Below are positions 1-8,598 of a stretch of 64,000 nt of DNA, one piece after another. Numbering within the stretch: the first letter of the stretch is position 1; every line of letters begins with the position of its first letter. The stretch comes from a virus, in IMG/VR virus record IMGVR_UViG_3300000313_000054, one strand, 5' to 3'. A program made the position numbers and the translations under genes. The notes beneath the pieces are model-generated. The model saw only the letters and a list, made by a program, of their open reading frames with translations, was not told the origin of the DNA and made no database searches.

Positions 1-1
1 G

Positions 2-121
2 GTGAATAAAATTCAAGTAAGTCTACATAATAGTGAAAAACAAAACGAAATACTCTTTGCAAATTTAAAAGGAACAATGCCAGAAGTTCCAAGTGTTTAT
101 ACGAAAGCTTTTAAAAAATAA
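2..121 (+). CDS. 3' fragment of a small gene paralogous to CDS 7131-7340; window starts inside it
   Basis: nt 1-115 are identical to 7207-7321 apart from one substitution; same frame gives ...KIQVSLHNSEKQNEILFANLKGTMPEVPSVYTKAFKK*. Confidence 0.6.
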   Translation: MNKIQVSLHNSEKQNEILFANLKGTMPEVPSVYTKAFKK

Positions 122-130
122 TAGTAAAGA

Positions 131-457
131 GTGGTAAGAATGTGTGATTGTATAGAAAAGTTAGCACAGAAAGAGAAAGAAAGATTAGGTGCAGTACGTA
201 TTGAAAGAGATAAAACTTTCATTATGGGTGGAACATTTAATTATAGATTAAAGCGTAAAAATGGGACTGTATCAAGCGTTACTAAACATGACTTCGTTCT
301 CTATACCCATTGTCCTTTTTGTGGTAAAAAGTTTACAGAACATAAACTTGGTAGGATGAATACAACAGTAGCGTCAATAACTACACCTAGTTATGGAGCA
401 TCTGTAGGATTGATTGGGAATATAAAAGGTATATTTGAAATGATTTTTAAAAGGTAG
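131..457 (+). CDS. small Cys-rich (CxC...CPFC) protein with hydrophobic Thr-rich C-terminal module NTTVASITTPSY
   Basis: ORF of 108 aa; C-terminal module is a protein-level paralog of the peptide at 10655-10830. Confidence 0.6.
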   Translation: MVRMCDCIEKLAQKEKERLGAVRIERDKTFIMGGTFNYRLKRKNGTVSSVTKHDFVLYTHCPFCGKKFTEHKLGRMNTTVASITTPSYGASVGLIGNIKGIFEMIFKR

Positions 458-469
458 GAAAGAATAAAA

Positions 470-643
470 ATGGAACGGATAGAGAAGATTTTACAAACCA
501 CTAATGCAAGGTTTCATTATAGAGGGTTAGATTTAGAATTTAATGAACCTAAAAATCAATGGTGTGTGTTCCAACCTTGCTTCACTTATAAACCAAAATA
601 CTTTGATAATTTAAAAGACGCTTTGGATTTTATGGAGATTTAA
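470..643 (+). CDS. hypothetical small protein (57 aa)
   Basis: ATG ORF in intergenic gap; same strand and tight packing. Confidence 0.4.
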   Translation: MERIEKILQTTNARFHYRGLDLEFNEPKNQWCVFQPCFTYKPKYFDNLKDALDFMEI

Positions 644-644
644 A

Positions 645-1022
645 ATGCAGAAAGATAGGATGCAATTATTTAATCCAGTAACAAAAAAGTGGGTAAAATT
701 AAACACTAAAATAGGTGGAATAGTTGGACATAAACACGACAACAAACCTTATAAAAATGTTATGACACCACAAGAAAGAGACAATGATTTTAAGTATCAA
801 TTTGAGAAAAAGATTACTGAAGTTTTGCAAAAGAAAGTCTTTACGATTAACCCAAAGTACGCAAGACGTAAGATAAAATGTGACTGTGGACATTATGCGA
901 AAGAGCATTATCTTAGAGAAGGAAGTTGTAATAAATGTGGTTGTACTTGGTATTATCCTAACGTACATTGGATTAAAAAACAACAAAGATTAAAAGCTAT
1001 TGAGTATCTAAAAAATAAATAG
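645..1022 (+). CDS. hypothetical Cys/His-rich protein (CDCGH...CNKCGC)
   Basis: 125-aa ORF with putative zinc-binding cluster. Confidence 0.6.
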   Translation: MQKDRMQLFNPVTKKWVKLNTKIGGIVGHKHDNKPYKNVMTPQERDNDFKYQFEKKITEVLQKKVFTINPKYARRKIKCDCGHYAKEHYLREGSCNKCGCTWYYPNVHWIKKQQRLKAIEYLKNK

Positions 1023-1060
1023 AAAATTAAGATAGGTAAGGACTTAGGAGAGTAAAAGAG

Positions 1061-1396
1061 ATGAAGTCAAATGCAAGAATTTATCCATGTGTAGAATGTG
1101 GTAAGATGAGAAGTAAAGATGAAGGTGGAACAACCTTTACTGTTTGTGACGAATGTTGGGATAAAGCCCATCCACATAAAGAAGAATTTAAACGAGAAGA
1201 AAAGTATATTGTTTTTAAAATAGATGATGTTAAAAAATATCTTGACACTGAACTAAAAAGACAATTAGTAATTATCAGTGAGACAATAGGAATATGTCGT
1301 ACAGTTGATGGTAAAAAAGATAACCGCTATGTGGTAGTCAATGAAGATGAACCTTATGCAGAACAAGTTTGGGAATTGATTAAGAAAAATAGTTAA
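1061..1396 (+). CDS. zinc-ribbon protein (CVEC...CDEC)
   Basis: 111-aa ORF; two CxxC pairs; RBS-like gagagtaaaagag upstream. Confidence 0.6.
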   Translation: MKSNARIYPCVECGKMRSKDEGGTTFTVCDECWDKAHPHKEEFKREEKYIVFKIDDVKKYLDTELKRQLVIISETIGICRTVDGKKDNRYVVVNEDEPYAEQVWELIKKNS

Positions 1397-1449
1397 TCCA
1401 AAGAAAGCAAACTCAATGATTAAGAATAGGAAGATTTGAGGAGAATAAA

Positions 1450-1869
1450 ATGTTTAGTAAAATATTTGCCATTATTCTAGTAGTTAGTATGTTTGGTGGT
1501 TTTGGTGTGGGTGTTATTTACGCTTTTAATGAAAGGGGACAAACTTTTTATGGCACTGAAACATTTGAAACGTATCAACAAGAGGTTGATTATCTGAATA
1601 AAATAATAAGTGAAGCTCAATTAGTAGGTGCTAAAGTTAATGACTTTAATCTTTCAATTCAAAGTCCTCCCAAGGTAGAGTGGCAGGTTAGGATGCCTCA
1701 AAATATTTGGGATAATAATACGCAAGATTTTAAATACGGTGAACGATTGACATTAATACATACAGCTAGGGTAACAGAAATTGTCTTTGGGTCTTTATGT
1801 TTTATAGCGGTGGTGGTTATGGTAGTATTAATATTTAAAGATAAAAAGATGACTACGATTGGACATTAA
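1450..1869 (+). CDS. membrane protein (N- and C-terminal TM helices)
   Basis: 139-aa ORF with hydrophobic stretches at both ends; RBS gaggag. Confidence 0.6.
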   Translation: MFSKIFAIILVVSMFGGFGVGVIYAFNERGQTFYGTETFETYQQEVDYLNKIISEAQLVGAKVNDFNLSIQSPPKVEWQVRMPQNIWDNNTQDFKYGERLTLIHTARVTEIVFGSLCFIAVVVMVVLIFKDKKMTTIGH

Positions 1870-2142
1870 AATAGGAAGATTTAAAATGAAAGTTTGTATA
1901 GGAAGTTTCAGAAGTGAACCGAAAGAAACAGAATGTTATGAAGCGACATAGACTATGGGTAGTGCTTGTAAAAAATGTAATGTAAAATGTTATAGACAAG
2001 GATGGTCTATCTGTAAATAATCTTGTAGTATTAAGCAATGTAATCACGCCAGAAGGTCGAGTACTTGTTAAAGGTAGTGTTGTCCATGACTTACTTGTAG
2101 ACATTATAAATTGCCAGAAACAACTTAAAGAAGGGAATTAAA

Positions 2143-2736
2143 ATGAAGTGGGTAGAAGTAACAGTTGAACTACAAAATTATGAAAAGTTTAATGAGGCTT
2201 TAAAGATTTTTGTTAAGCCACTTGTGAAAAAATTGTATAGCTTTTACAAAATTGAAAGTTGGAATTTCTTTCGAGAACCAGAGTTGAGATTAAGAATTTT
2301 AGCTAGGTATCCAGAAACAGATACAATTAAATTTGATGTTGACAAAACTTTAAAATATGCAGAGAAAGTTTGCAGTGATATTTTTAAGAATCATTACTTT
2401 AGTTGTCATGGAGAAAAAGGAAAAGAATATAATGGAGAGCAAGAACTTTATGGAGAAAAAGCGTGGGAACTTTGTTATAAAAGATGGGAAGCTGGCTCTA
2501 ATTTAGCGTTAGAATTATGTACTACAGAACCAGAAAAAAGTCTACCATTTCATTATACTAGGGACATACATTTGTTTGAAAATCAATTAGGATTTGAATT
2601 ATCAGATGCCATTACAATCTACTTAAAATGGGTAAGAACTTTAATGAATTGCGATGAAAGTTATAAGCAATACAACGATAAAATATTGGAACTTATTAAG
2701 GAAACTTCAAGAGAATCTAAAGTGAAGGGGATTTAA
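2143..2736 (+). CDS. hypothetical protein
   Basis: 197-aa ORF; RBS aagaaggga. Confidence 0.6.
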   Translation: MKWVEVTVELQNYEKFNEALKIFVKPLVKKLYSFYKIESWNFFREPELRLRILARYPETDTIKFDVDKTLKYAEKVCSDIFKNHYFSCHGEKGKEYNGEQELYGEKAWELCYKRWEAGSNLALELCTTEPEKSLPFHYTRDIHLFENQLGFELSDAITIYLKWVRTLMNCDESYKQYNDKILELIKETSRESKVKGI

Positions 2737-2737
2737 A

Positions 2738-2992
2738 ATGGAAAGTAAATTTAAAAGTTATGGCGTCGTTCACTTCGGTACTGAATGTGATATTTTTGTA
2801 GCTCATAAAAAGTTATTTCCAGAGGCTAGTTCATTTCTAACGGAGGCTATACAAAAAGAATATTGTGGCATGAAGTTAGCAGAAGATAATAATTGGAATC
2901 AGACCCAAACTTTTTATAAGTTAATTCCGTTTGTTAAAGATGATGCGTATGTAGTAAATAGAATTGGCTATTTGGTTTTATGGAGAAACTAG
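2738..2992 (+). CDS. hypothetical protein
   Basis: 84-aa ORF; start 2 nt after preceding stop. Confidence 0.5.
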   Translation: MESKFKSYGVVHFGTECDIFVAHKKLFPEASSFLTEAIQKEYCGMKLAEDNNWNQTQTFYKLIPFVKDDAYVVNRIGYLVLWRN

Positions 2993-3088
2993 TGACCCCC
3001 ATTGGGAATTTTTAAAGTATAAAGGCAGAGGACACGTACAAGTTTGGTATATCGATATGAATGAAGTTAAAAAAGGATTGGGATTAAA

Positions 3089-3523
3089 ATGAGTGGAAAA
3101 ACAAAAAAAGTATTAGATGAAATCGTAAAATATTTAAAAGAAAATCCTAAACAAAAAGTCTATACAAATTCTGAATTATTAACCGATGAAATTAAAAAGA
3201 TTGTACCCAATGTTGACGTTGAAACTTTGAAAACTTTGCCAGATAAATCTTACCCAAATGTGTTTGTAAAAACTGATGAGGCAGAGAGGCCAGTAGACTT
3301 TTCATTGTCATGTGAGTGTAGTGTTTATGCTAACGATAATGATTGTAAATATAAAAAAGAAATCTTTAAGGCTGGTATAAAAGAAGTAGTAGACTGGATA
3401 GAAAATAATTCATCATCGTTATATCATATTAATCAACCTAGAACATTAAAACATCTTTCAAGATTTGAAGTTAAAGGTAAATTTTGGCAAGCTAAGTTGA
3501 TAGAGTGGGGAGTTGAGAAATGA
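3089..3523 (+). CDS. hypothetical protein
   Basis: 144-aa ORF; RBS aaaaggattgggatt; ATGA overlap with next gene. Confidence 0.6.
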   Translation: MSGKTKKVLDEIVKYLKENPKQKVYTNSELLTDEIKKIVPNVDVETLKTLPDKSYPNVFVKTDEAERPVDFSLSCECSVYANDNDCKYKKEIFKAGIKEVVDWIENNSSSLYHINQPRTLKHLSRFEVKGKFWQAKLIEWGVEK

Positions 3524-3765
3524 AATTTAAAACGCTTGATGGTTATGAACTTAAAGAAGGTGATACTTGTTGGGCGATATTCCAATGTTTATCAGGCGAC
3601 CATGAATTGAGTTCTAAGCCAAGAGAGGCAACCTATCTTGATGAAACTGCTAAAGAAAATCATTGGCAATTTACTGCGAAACATCCAATAAAATCAGACT
3701 GTGAATCAATTTTTGTAGAGAGTGTTTGGAAAAATAATCCTAATAAAGAGAGCGTTATAAAATGA
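3520..3765 (+). CDS. hypothetical protein
   Basis: 81-aa ORF coupled by ATGA overlaps on both sides. Confidence 0.55.
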   Translation: MKFKTLDGYELKEGDTCWAIFQCLSGDHELSSKPREATYLDETAKENHWQFTAKHPIKSDCESIFVESVWKNNPNKESVIK

Positions 3766-4010
3766 AAAATCGTAAGTTAAATTTAAAAAGATTACTGATT
3801 GTCTTGGGTATTCCTTGTGGGATTTGTCTACTTATTTTATTTGGATGGTTGCTGACAAAAATTCCTGGTTTTGAAGTCTCACCGAGTTACCCGATGTGGG
3901 CTAATTATTTTGGTAATGGTATTATAGTTGTAGTATGTCTTGCTGTTATATTTTTATTTTGTATGGGTATTTGGGAGTTTTTTAATTGGTTATTTCCTAA
4001 AGAGAACTGA
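3762..4010 (+). CDS. small polytopic membrane protein; paralog of CDS 33083-33328
   Basis: RKLNLKRLLIVLGI...WLFPK shared with 33083-33328 at protein and DNA level. Confidence 0.65.
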   Translation: MKNRKLNLKRLLIVLGIPCGICLLILFGWLLTKIPGFEVSPSYPMWANYFGNGIIVVVCLAVIFLFCMGIWEFFNWLFPKEN

Positions 4011-4020
4011 GAGAAATAAA

Positions 4021-4287
4021 ATGAAATTTGAAGAATTACCTCAATGTTATCAAGACTCAGTAAATAAATCTATTAAAGAATGGGTCAGTCAGGATGAACA
4101 ATATCTTATTCCATATTTCAAAGAAAGTTTTGTAGAGTATGCAGAGGGTAACGAAATGCATGATACAGATATTATAGAAGAAGATAGATATGATACTGAG
4201 TTAGTGTGGTGGATAGACGGTTGGAGATGCAGAGAAAAAGCAAAACAATCAAGATTTAAAAGAACAAATCCAGAAATTAGAAACTGA
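4021..4287 (+). CDS. hypothetical acidic protein
   Basis: internal ATG with RBS gagag of track ORF 3940-4287; chosen to avoid overlap with 3762-4010. Confidence 0.5.
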   Translation: MKFEELPQCYQDSVNKSIKEWVSQDEQYLIPYFKESFVEYAEGNEMHDTDIIEEDRYDTELVWWIDGWRCREKAKQSRFKRTNPEIRN

Positions 4288-4463
4288 AAAAGAAGTACTC
4301 CAACATAATTATGATATGATAAAGGACGTTCCAACATATCAAGAATCAGATGAACTTCAGGCGTTAAATGCGATAGGTGAAGCAATCGCTAATTCTAAAT
4401 CAGTAGACCTAACTATTGAAACTAATAGCGGTAAAGTCCACTTAGTTTATGAGGCAAAATAAA

Positions 4464-4679
4464 ATGAAAACATTAAATTATCAAGGTAAAGAAATAGAAG
4501 TAATAGAGGTAGAACCAGTAACCTCAAATGAAGTTTGGAATGAGTATCAATTATCAGATGGTAAGGTATTATCTATTAAAACTGTTTTGATTACTACATT
4601 AAAAGCTGTCTCAGAAAAAGATGCCGATGGAAATTCTTTGTACGTTGTGAAAACTCAACAAATTGTTAAAGTAAAATAA
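4464..4679 (+). CDS. hypothetical protein
   Basis: RBS gagg 8 nt upstream of the ATG at 4464 (in frame with track start 4449). Confidence 0.5.
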   Translation: MKTLNYQGKEIEVIEVEPVTSNEVWNEYQLSDGKVLSIKTVLITTLKAVSEKDADGNSLYVVKTQQIVKVK

Positions 4680-4697
4680 GGTGAGTATAAAGTAAAG

Positions 4698-4958
4698 ATG
4701 AAATTGTTCAAAGAACTTTTGTACTGGTTACATTATCTTGTTAAATTAATGGCTGGAATTTCTTTTATAGTTGTTACTGCTGACCCATTATTAAAAATGC
4801 TTGCGGATATTAGAACTACTACAGCAGAACCCTATGGCTCAGTATTCTTTTGGGCTGTAGCCATCGGTTGGTTTTACCTTATAATTAGATTATTACTATG
4901 GCTCTTTAAAGATTTAATACCAACTAAAAAAGTTGATGAGATTGTTAAAATAAAATAG
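4698..4958 (+). CDS. membrane protein
   Basis: 86-aa ORF with two hydrophobic helices. Confidence 0.55.
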   Translation: MKLFKELLYWLHYLVKLMAGISFIVVTADPLLKMLADIRTTTAEPYGSVFFWAVAIGWFYLIIRLLLWLFKDLIPTKKVDEIVKIK

Positions 4959-4961
4959 GTA

Positions 4962-4990
4962 TTGACATTCTCTGTAGTGCGTGCTAACAT
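4962..4990 (+). promoter_or_regulatory. sigma-70 promoter TTGACA-17-TGcTAACAT; ATG at 4997 lies exactly 6 nt after the -10
   Basis: -35 TTGACA at 4962-4967 and extended -10 TAACAT at 4985-4990 read directly. Confidence 0.6.
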
Positions 4991-4996
4991 AAAAAT

Positions 4997-5254
4997 ATGA
5001 GAAAGATATTTAAGTGGTTGACTAAAAGTAATCATACTTGGTATGACAAAGGATATCATAAAGCGTATCTTATTTTAAGTTGGCTCGTTGTAGTCTTTTT
5101 AATTCCGTTATTCACCTCGATTATATTTATTCACTTGGGGAATATTTTTGAAGCAATCTTTAGTTGGTTAATGTTAGCAAGTGTCATATTAATTGCATTC
5201 TTACTTGAGATGGATATTCAAAAATATAAAAAGTCACTATTGATAAGTAAATAA
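4997..5254 (+). CDS. membrane protein; apparently leaderless mRNA
   Basis: 85-aa ORF starting ATGAGAAAG 6 nt after -10 hexamer; no RBS. Confidence 0.55.
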   Translation: MRKIFKWLTKSNHTWYDKGYHKAYLILSWLVVVFLIPLFTSIIFIHLGNIFEAIFSWLMLASVILIAFLLEMDIQKYKKSLLISK

Positions 5255-5584
5255 GTCAGTGTTATAATCAAAATTAACAGACTTGATAAGCCAACTACCT
5301 TAAATGGCAAGCGCAACATATCAAGTATTACAGAAAGATTTTATAGAGATTAGTTTGCCTGAGCTAGTCTCTATAGAGTCGAAATTAAAAAGTTAATAAG
5401 TAGAAGTTACAGTTGGCTGACAAAACTCAGTTTATAGCGGTTAGTGTGCCAATTACCGACACAGACTGAGATGCTTTAGTGCTTGGGTGTACATGAGAAC
5501 AAACTGGTGAAAATGAGCTTCTATTTTTTAAAAAGTGTATAGTCCTTAGCGTTGATGTAATTCGATGTTAAGATGGTATTTAAT

Positions 5585-5657
5585 GCCGATGTAGCTCAGT
5601 GGTAGAGCAAACCATTTGTAATGGTAAGGTCGGTAGTCCGATTCTAACCCATCGGCT
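5585..5657 (+). tRNA. tRNA-Thr (anticodon UGU), 73 nt, no encoded CCA
   Basis: GCCGATG/CATCGGC acceptor, GCTC...GAGC D-arm, anticodon loop TTTGTAA; hand folded, one G-A mismatch in T-stem. Confidence 0.6.
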
Positions 5658-5668
5658 CTTTTAAAAAT

Positions 5669-5790
5669 TGAATATAGAAGTCTTAGGTGGCGGAATAGGT
5701 AGACGCTGTGGACGCTATGCGATAAAGGTGCAGCCATCATTGACAAGCTCTTAATATCCATGCGATTGAACCTAAGTAAGTAATTTATTT
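5669..5790 (+). ncRNA. unresolved tRNA-like segment (5' half resembles tRNA-Leu: TGGCGGAATAGGTAGACGC) of abnormal length
   Basis: strong similarity of the D-arm region to bacterial tRNA-Leu but no canonical anticodon or T arm found by hand; CCTAAG complementary to acceptor lies about 95 nt downstream. Confidence 0.25.
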
Positions 5791-5799
5791 ATTTAGGAA

Positions 5800-6350
5800 T
5801 GACCATGCAAGACACAAACGTAGAGCATCTAAGGTGACAATGGCAATACTGGTTTACGAGGCGAAAGCACTACGAATTTAAAGAAACAAGGATATTGCTC
5901 AAATCCTTAGACTAAGACTTTTATAGATAACCGAAATATTATAATGTCTACGACTTTTTAGCATGACAGAATAATAAATTAGGTTTGCGTCTGAGAGAGT
6001 CGTTCTTACGATTCGTTATAGCTTAATTGCTATACTTAGTCGCCTTTATTTAGTGGTGGTAATGGCCGAAAGTAGTTAAGGCACGATATGTTTAGTCAAT
6101 TAGGCTAAATGAAAAAGGTAAGCGTGATGTGAGTAAAATCGATTGAATCTCACTAGGCCATCCACCCAATTTAAAAGTTTCATGTTCGATTTAATGTTTC
6201 GTCTTTATGGGGTGTATGGATAGACTATCCAGAGTCGAAAAAGGCTACGTGTCTGGACACATTGGAACGTAGTCGTATGCTAGTAAATGGGGTAAAGGCG
6301 TTTGTATTCTATAGCGAAAGCATGAACCGCAAACACCCCATATTTAGAGT
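5800..6350 (+). ncRNA. approximately 550-nt ORF-free, locally GC-enriched segment with long-range complementarity (GGGGTGT at 6207 vs ACACCCC at 6337); unassigned structured RNA candidate
   Basis: no ORF of 60 aa or more on + strand, multiple hairpins, sits between tRNA genes. Confidence 0.3.
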
Positions 6351-6355
6351 TTAAA

Positions 6356-6529
6356 ATGAAAAGACAAAGTAACAAAATAAATAATGTAACCATAGTTTCT
6401 AAAGAGGAAGCTAATAAAATTTGGGATGAGTCGTGGGAAGAATACTTAAAATTAATAAAAGAACAAAAACTTGACGACCCTAAAAGGATACCTACAAGCG
6501 AATTTATGCATAGACATTGTGTGATTTAA
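6356..6529 (+). CDS. hypothetical small protein (57 aa)
   Basis: ATG ORF MKRQSNKINNV... ending 2 nt before tRNA-Ser. Confidence 0.4.
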   Translation: MKRQSNKINNVTIVSKEEANKIWDESWEEYLKLIKEQKLDDPKRIPTSEFMHRHCVI

Positions 6530-6531
6530 GT

Positions 6532-6616
6532 TGAGAGTTGGCAGAGAGGTCTATTGCAACCGTCTTGAAAACGGTGGACGAAAGTCTCAGAGGTTCAAAT
6601 CCTCTACTCTCAGCCA
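6532..6616 (+). tRNA. tRNA-Ser (anticodon UGA), type II with long variable arm, CCA encoded
   Basis: acceptor TGAGAGT/ACTCTCA, anticodon stem ACCGT/ACGGT with loop CTTGAAA, variable arm GAC-GAAA-GTC, T-arm AGAGG-TTCAAAT-CCTCT, ends GCCA. Confidence 0.8.
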
Positions 6617-6620
6617 ATAC

Positions 6621-6719
6621 TGGTGAGTTGGCGAGTGGGTGTAAGCCAGTAGTCTCGAAAACTACCAGACGACCTTAATAAGGCATCGTCCGTGAGTTCG
6701 AATCTCACCTCATCAGCCA
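6621..6719 (+). tRNA. tRNA-Ser (anticodon CGA), unusually long (99 nt) with about 25-nt variable arm, CCA encoded
   Basis: acceptor TGGTGAG/CTCATCA (one G-U), anticodon stem GTAGT/ACTAC with loop CTCGAAA, T-arm GTGAG-TTCGAAT-CTCAC, ends GCCA. Confidence 0.7.
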
Positions 6720-6837
6720 ATAATTTTAAGTCTATGCACCATGTGTGTAAAAGATAACGAAGTCCCTTGATCTAATGTTTAAAATTAAGTAGCCTCTTTT
6801 GCAGAGTCGGCTAGGGGATTGGGACTTCAGATTTTTT

Positions 6838-6872
6838 AACCGTTAGATGTAATTCGTCTAACGGTTTTTTGT
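6838..6872 (+). terminator. rho-independent terminator closing the tRNA island
   Basis: perfect 10-bp stem AACCGTTAGA/TCTAACGGTT followed by TTTTTTGTTG. Confidence 0.85.
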
Positions 6873-6889
6873 TGTCTAAAATTTGGGTA

Positions 6890-6919
6890 TTGACTTATTG
6901 ACACGTAGTGGTATATAAT
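6890..6919 (+). promoter_or_regulatory. sigma-70 promoter TTGACT-18-TGgTATAAT; ATG at 6926 is 6 nt after -10
   Basis: -35 at 6890-6895, -10 at 6914-6919. Confidence 0.65.
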
Positions 6920-6925
6920 TAAAAT

Positions 6926-7105
6926 ATGAGAAGAAAAGGATGTGAAACAAGCATGAATTATATTTTTGTTCCAATGATAAATTATAGGAATAGGTATCTG
7001 ACAAAAGGGTTGGTCTTAATGGAATTATATTGGGTTGGAAAAGAATTTGGGGCTACTCAAACTAAAACAATTGCGATGATGAAAAATTCTGGATGGTGGA
7101 AGTAA
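6926..7105 (+). CDS. hypothetical small protein (59 aa), apparently leaderless (starts ATGAGAAGAAAAGG)
   Basis: ORF MRRKGCETSMNYIFVP...; no RBS; ATG at predicted +1. Confidence 0.45.
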   Translation: MRRKGCETSMNYIFVPMINYRNRYLTKGLVLMELYWVGKEFGATQTKTIAMMKNSGWWK

Positions 7106-7130
7106 ATTCTTTTAAAAGGAAGGATGAACG

Positions 7131-7340
7131 ATGAATTGGTTAATGAAGTTATTTAAACCTGAAAGTTCACGGCTTGAATGTCTACGTGTTTTAGATGAAA
7201 CAGAAGTAATGGTGAATAAAATTCAAGTAAGTCTACATAATAGTGAAAAACAAAACGAAATACTCTTTGCAAATTTAAAAGGAACAATGCCAGAAGTTCC
7301 AAGTGTTTATATGAAAGCTTTTAAAGATGGGAAGGTGTAA
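7131..7340 (+). CDS. hypothetical protein; full-length paralog of the fragment at 2-121
   Basis: RBS aaaaggaagga; 69 aa. Confidence 0.65.
   Translation: MNWLMKLFKPESSRLECLRVLDETEVMVNKIQVSLHNSEKQNEILFANLKGTMPEVPSVYMKAFKDGKV
7207..7321 (+). repeat. 115-bp direct repeat of window positions 1-115 (one mismatch)
   Basis: direct sequence comparison. Confidence 0.9.
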
Positions 7341-7344
7341 AAAT

Positions 7345-7620
7345 ATGAGAAGAAAACAAGGTCAATTAGTTCCATTAGAAGAAGAAATACTATCAGTAAT
7401 TAAGTCGTTAAATGGTGAGTCGTATGGCTATTTAATTCTTAAAAACTTGTCTAAAAAATGTGATACTTCAACATTATATCGAGCATTAAAAAGACTTGTT
7501 AAGATGGGTAAGTTAGAAAGCCATTTGGAAGATTTAAAACCCTGGCCTCTATTAGATGAAAATTTAAAAGAAGAATGTAGACCTATTAGACGGTTGTATA
7601 AATTAATTGAGAAGGAATAG
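7345..7620 (+). CDS. PadR-like winged-helix transcriptional regulator
   Basis: ESYGYLILKNL...STLYRALKRLVKMGKLES matches the PadR recognition helix and wing pattern; start moved to ATG with RBS aaggtg. Confidence 0.55.
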   Translation: MRRKQGQLVPLEEEILSVIKSLNGESYGYLILKNLSKKCDTSTLYRALKRLVKMGKLESHLEDLKPWPLLDENLKEECRPIRRLYKLIEKE

Positions 7621-7622
7621 AT

Positions 7623-8213
7623 ATGAAAGAGAGCTATGAACTTTATTGGAAGGACTATTATAAAATATTACAAGTACATCCGTTGGCTGAGCCAGAAGTA
7701 ATAAAAGTATCTTATATAAAATTGGCGCAGATGTATCATCCAGATCACAACATCGATTTAAAATCAGAGAATAAAATGGTAGATTTGAATGAGGCTTTTG
7801 GGATTATTGGCAATCCTATTAAAAGAGAATCTTACGATATTCAGTATAACCAACCGCATTTAAGTTGTGAACAAAAAAATAGTTTAAATAATGACGTTGA
7901 AAAACGTAGTAATAATGAAATAAATATCAGAAATAAAATATTATCTATATATGAAGAACAGTTAAATGATTCCAAAAGAAGTGGTGGATGTTTTTGGAAC
8001 AAATATATTAAAGAACAATGGGCTGATAGAGTAAATGAAATTATTGACTGGCTGAATATCCGTAGTAAACCATCACATATGGGGAAATGTTTATTTTGTA
8101 AAAGAGAGACAGTAATATTTAATGCAGATTCTACTTTGGGACAATGTATTGACCCTAATTGCGGGTATGTCATAGCCCCTGAGTTGCGTAGTGTTCATAA
8201 AATCAGGTGGTGA
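7623..8213 (+). CDS. J-domain (DnaJ-like) protein with C-terminal CxxC..CxxC zinc ribbon
   Basis: DYYKILQVHP...IKVSYIKLAQMYHPDHN contains the HPD motif of J domains. Confidence 0.75.
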   Translation: MKESYELYWKDYYKILQVHPLAEPEVIKVSYIKLAQMYHPDHNIDLKSENKMVDLNEAFGIIGNPIKRESYDIQYNQPHLSCEQKNSLNNDVEKRSNNEINIRNKILSIYEEQLNDSKRSGGCFWNKYIKEQWADRVNEIIDWLNIRSKPSHMGKCLFCKRETVIFNADSTLGQCIDPNCGYVIAPELRSVHKIRW

Positions 8214-8248
8214 ATGTCGAGTTATAGAATTAAATTAGGAGTATTAAA

Positions 8249-8593
8249 ATGCCAGACCCCAAAAATTACGTAGATAAAAATTTTACATTTGTTAAATCTC
8301 ACGTGAGGAGGAAAAGAATATTTTCCAATAAACCATCAAGTGACAAGTGGGTTTATATTTTTGTATTACTAATAGTTGCAAGTATCATACTATACTTCTT
8401 TTGGGAATTTATACTTGTCGGAATAGCGGTCATTGGTTTATTGTTACTCATAGTTAAAAGAAAAAGAATTAAACTATGGTATATGAAAATAGTAAATAGA
8501 AAGTTTGATGAAAAAACTAAATTTAATGATGACTATGAATTAAATAAATCAAAGTATGATTATTATAAATCAAAGAATGAAAGAAAGGAGTAA
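8249..8593 (+). CDS. membrane protein
   Basis: 114 aa with two TM helices. Confidence 0.55.
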   Translation: MPDPKNYVDKNFTFVKSHVRRKRIFSNKPSSDKWVYIFVLLIVASIILYFFWEFILVGIAVIGLLLLIVKRKRIKLWYMKIVNRKFDEKTKFNDDYELNKSKYDYYKSKNERKE

Positions 8594-8598
8594 TAATA

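Noticed and set aside
5540-5584. Promoter for the tRNA cluster (TTGATG...TGgTATTTA)
   Set aside because: Spacer of 19 nt and a poor -10. Not convincing compared with the other consensus promoters.
5800-6350. tmRNA in the structured segment
   Set aside because: No tag-peptide reading frame ending ..ALAA-stop, and no tRNA-like acceptor/T-arm pair could be found by eye. Left as unassigned.
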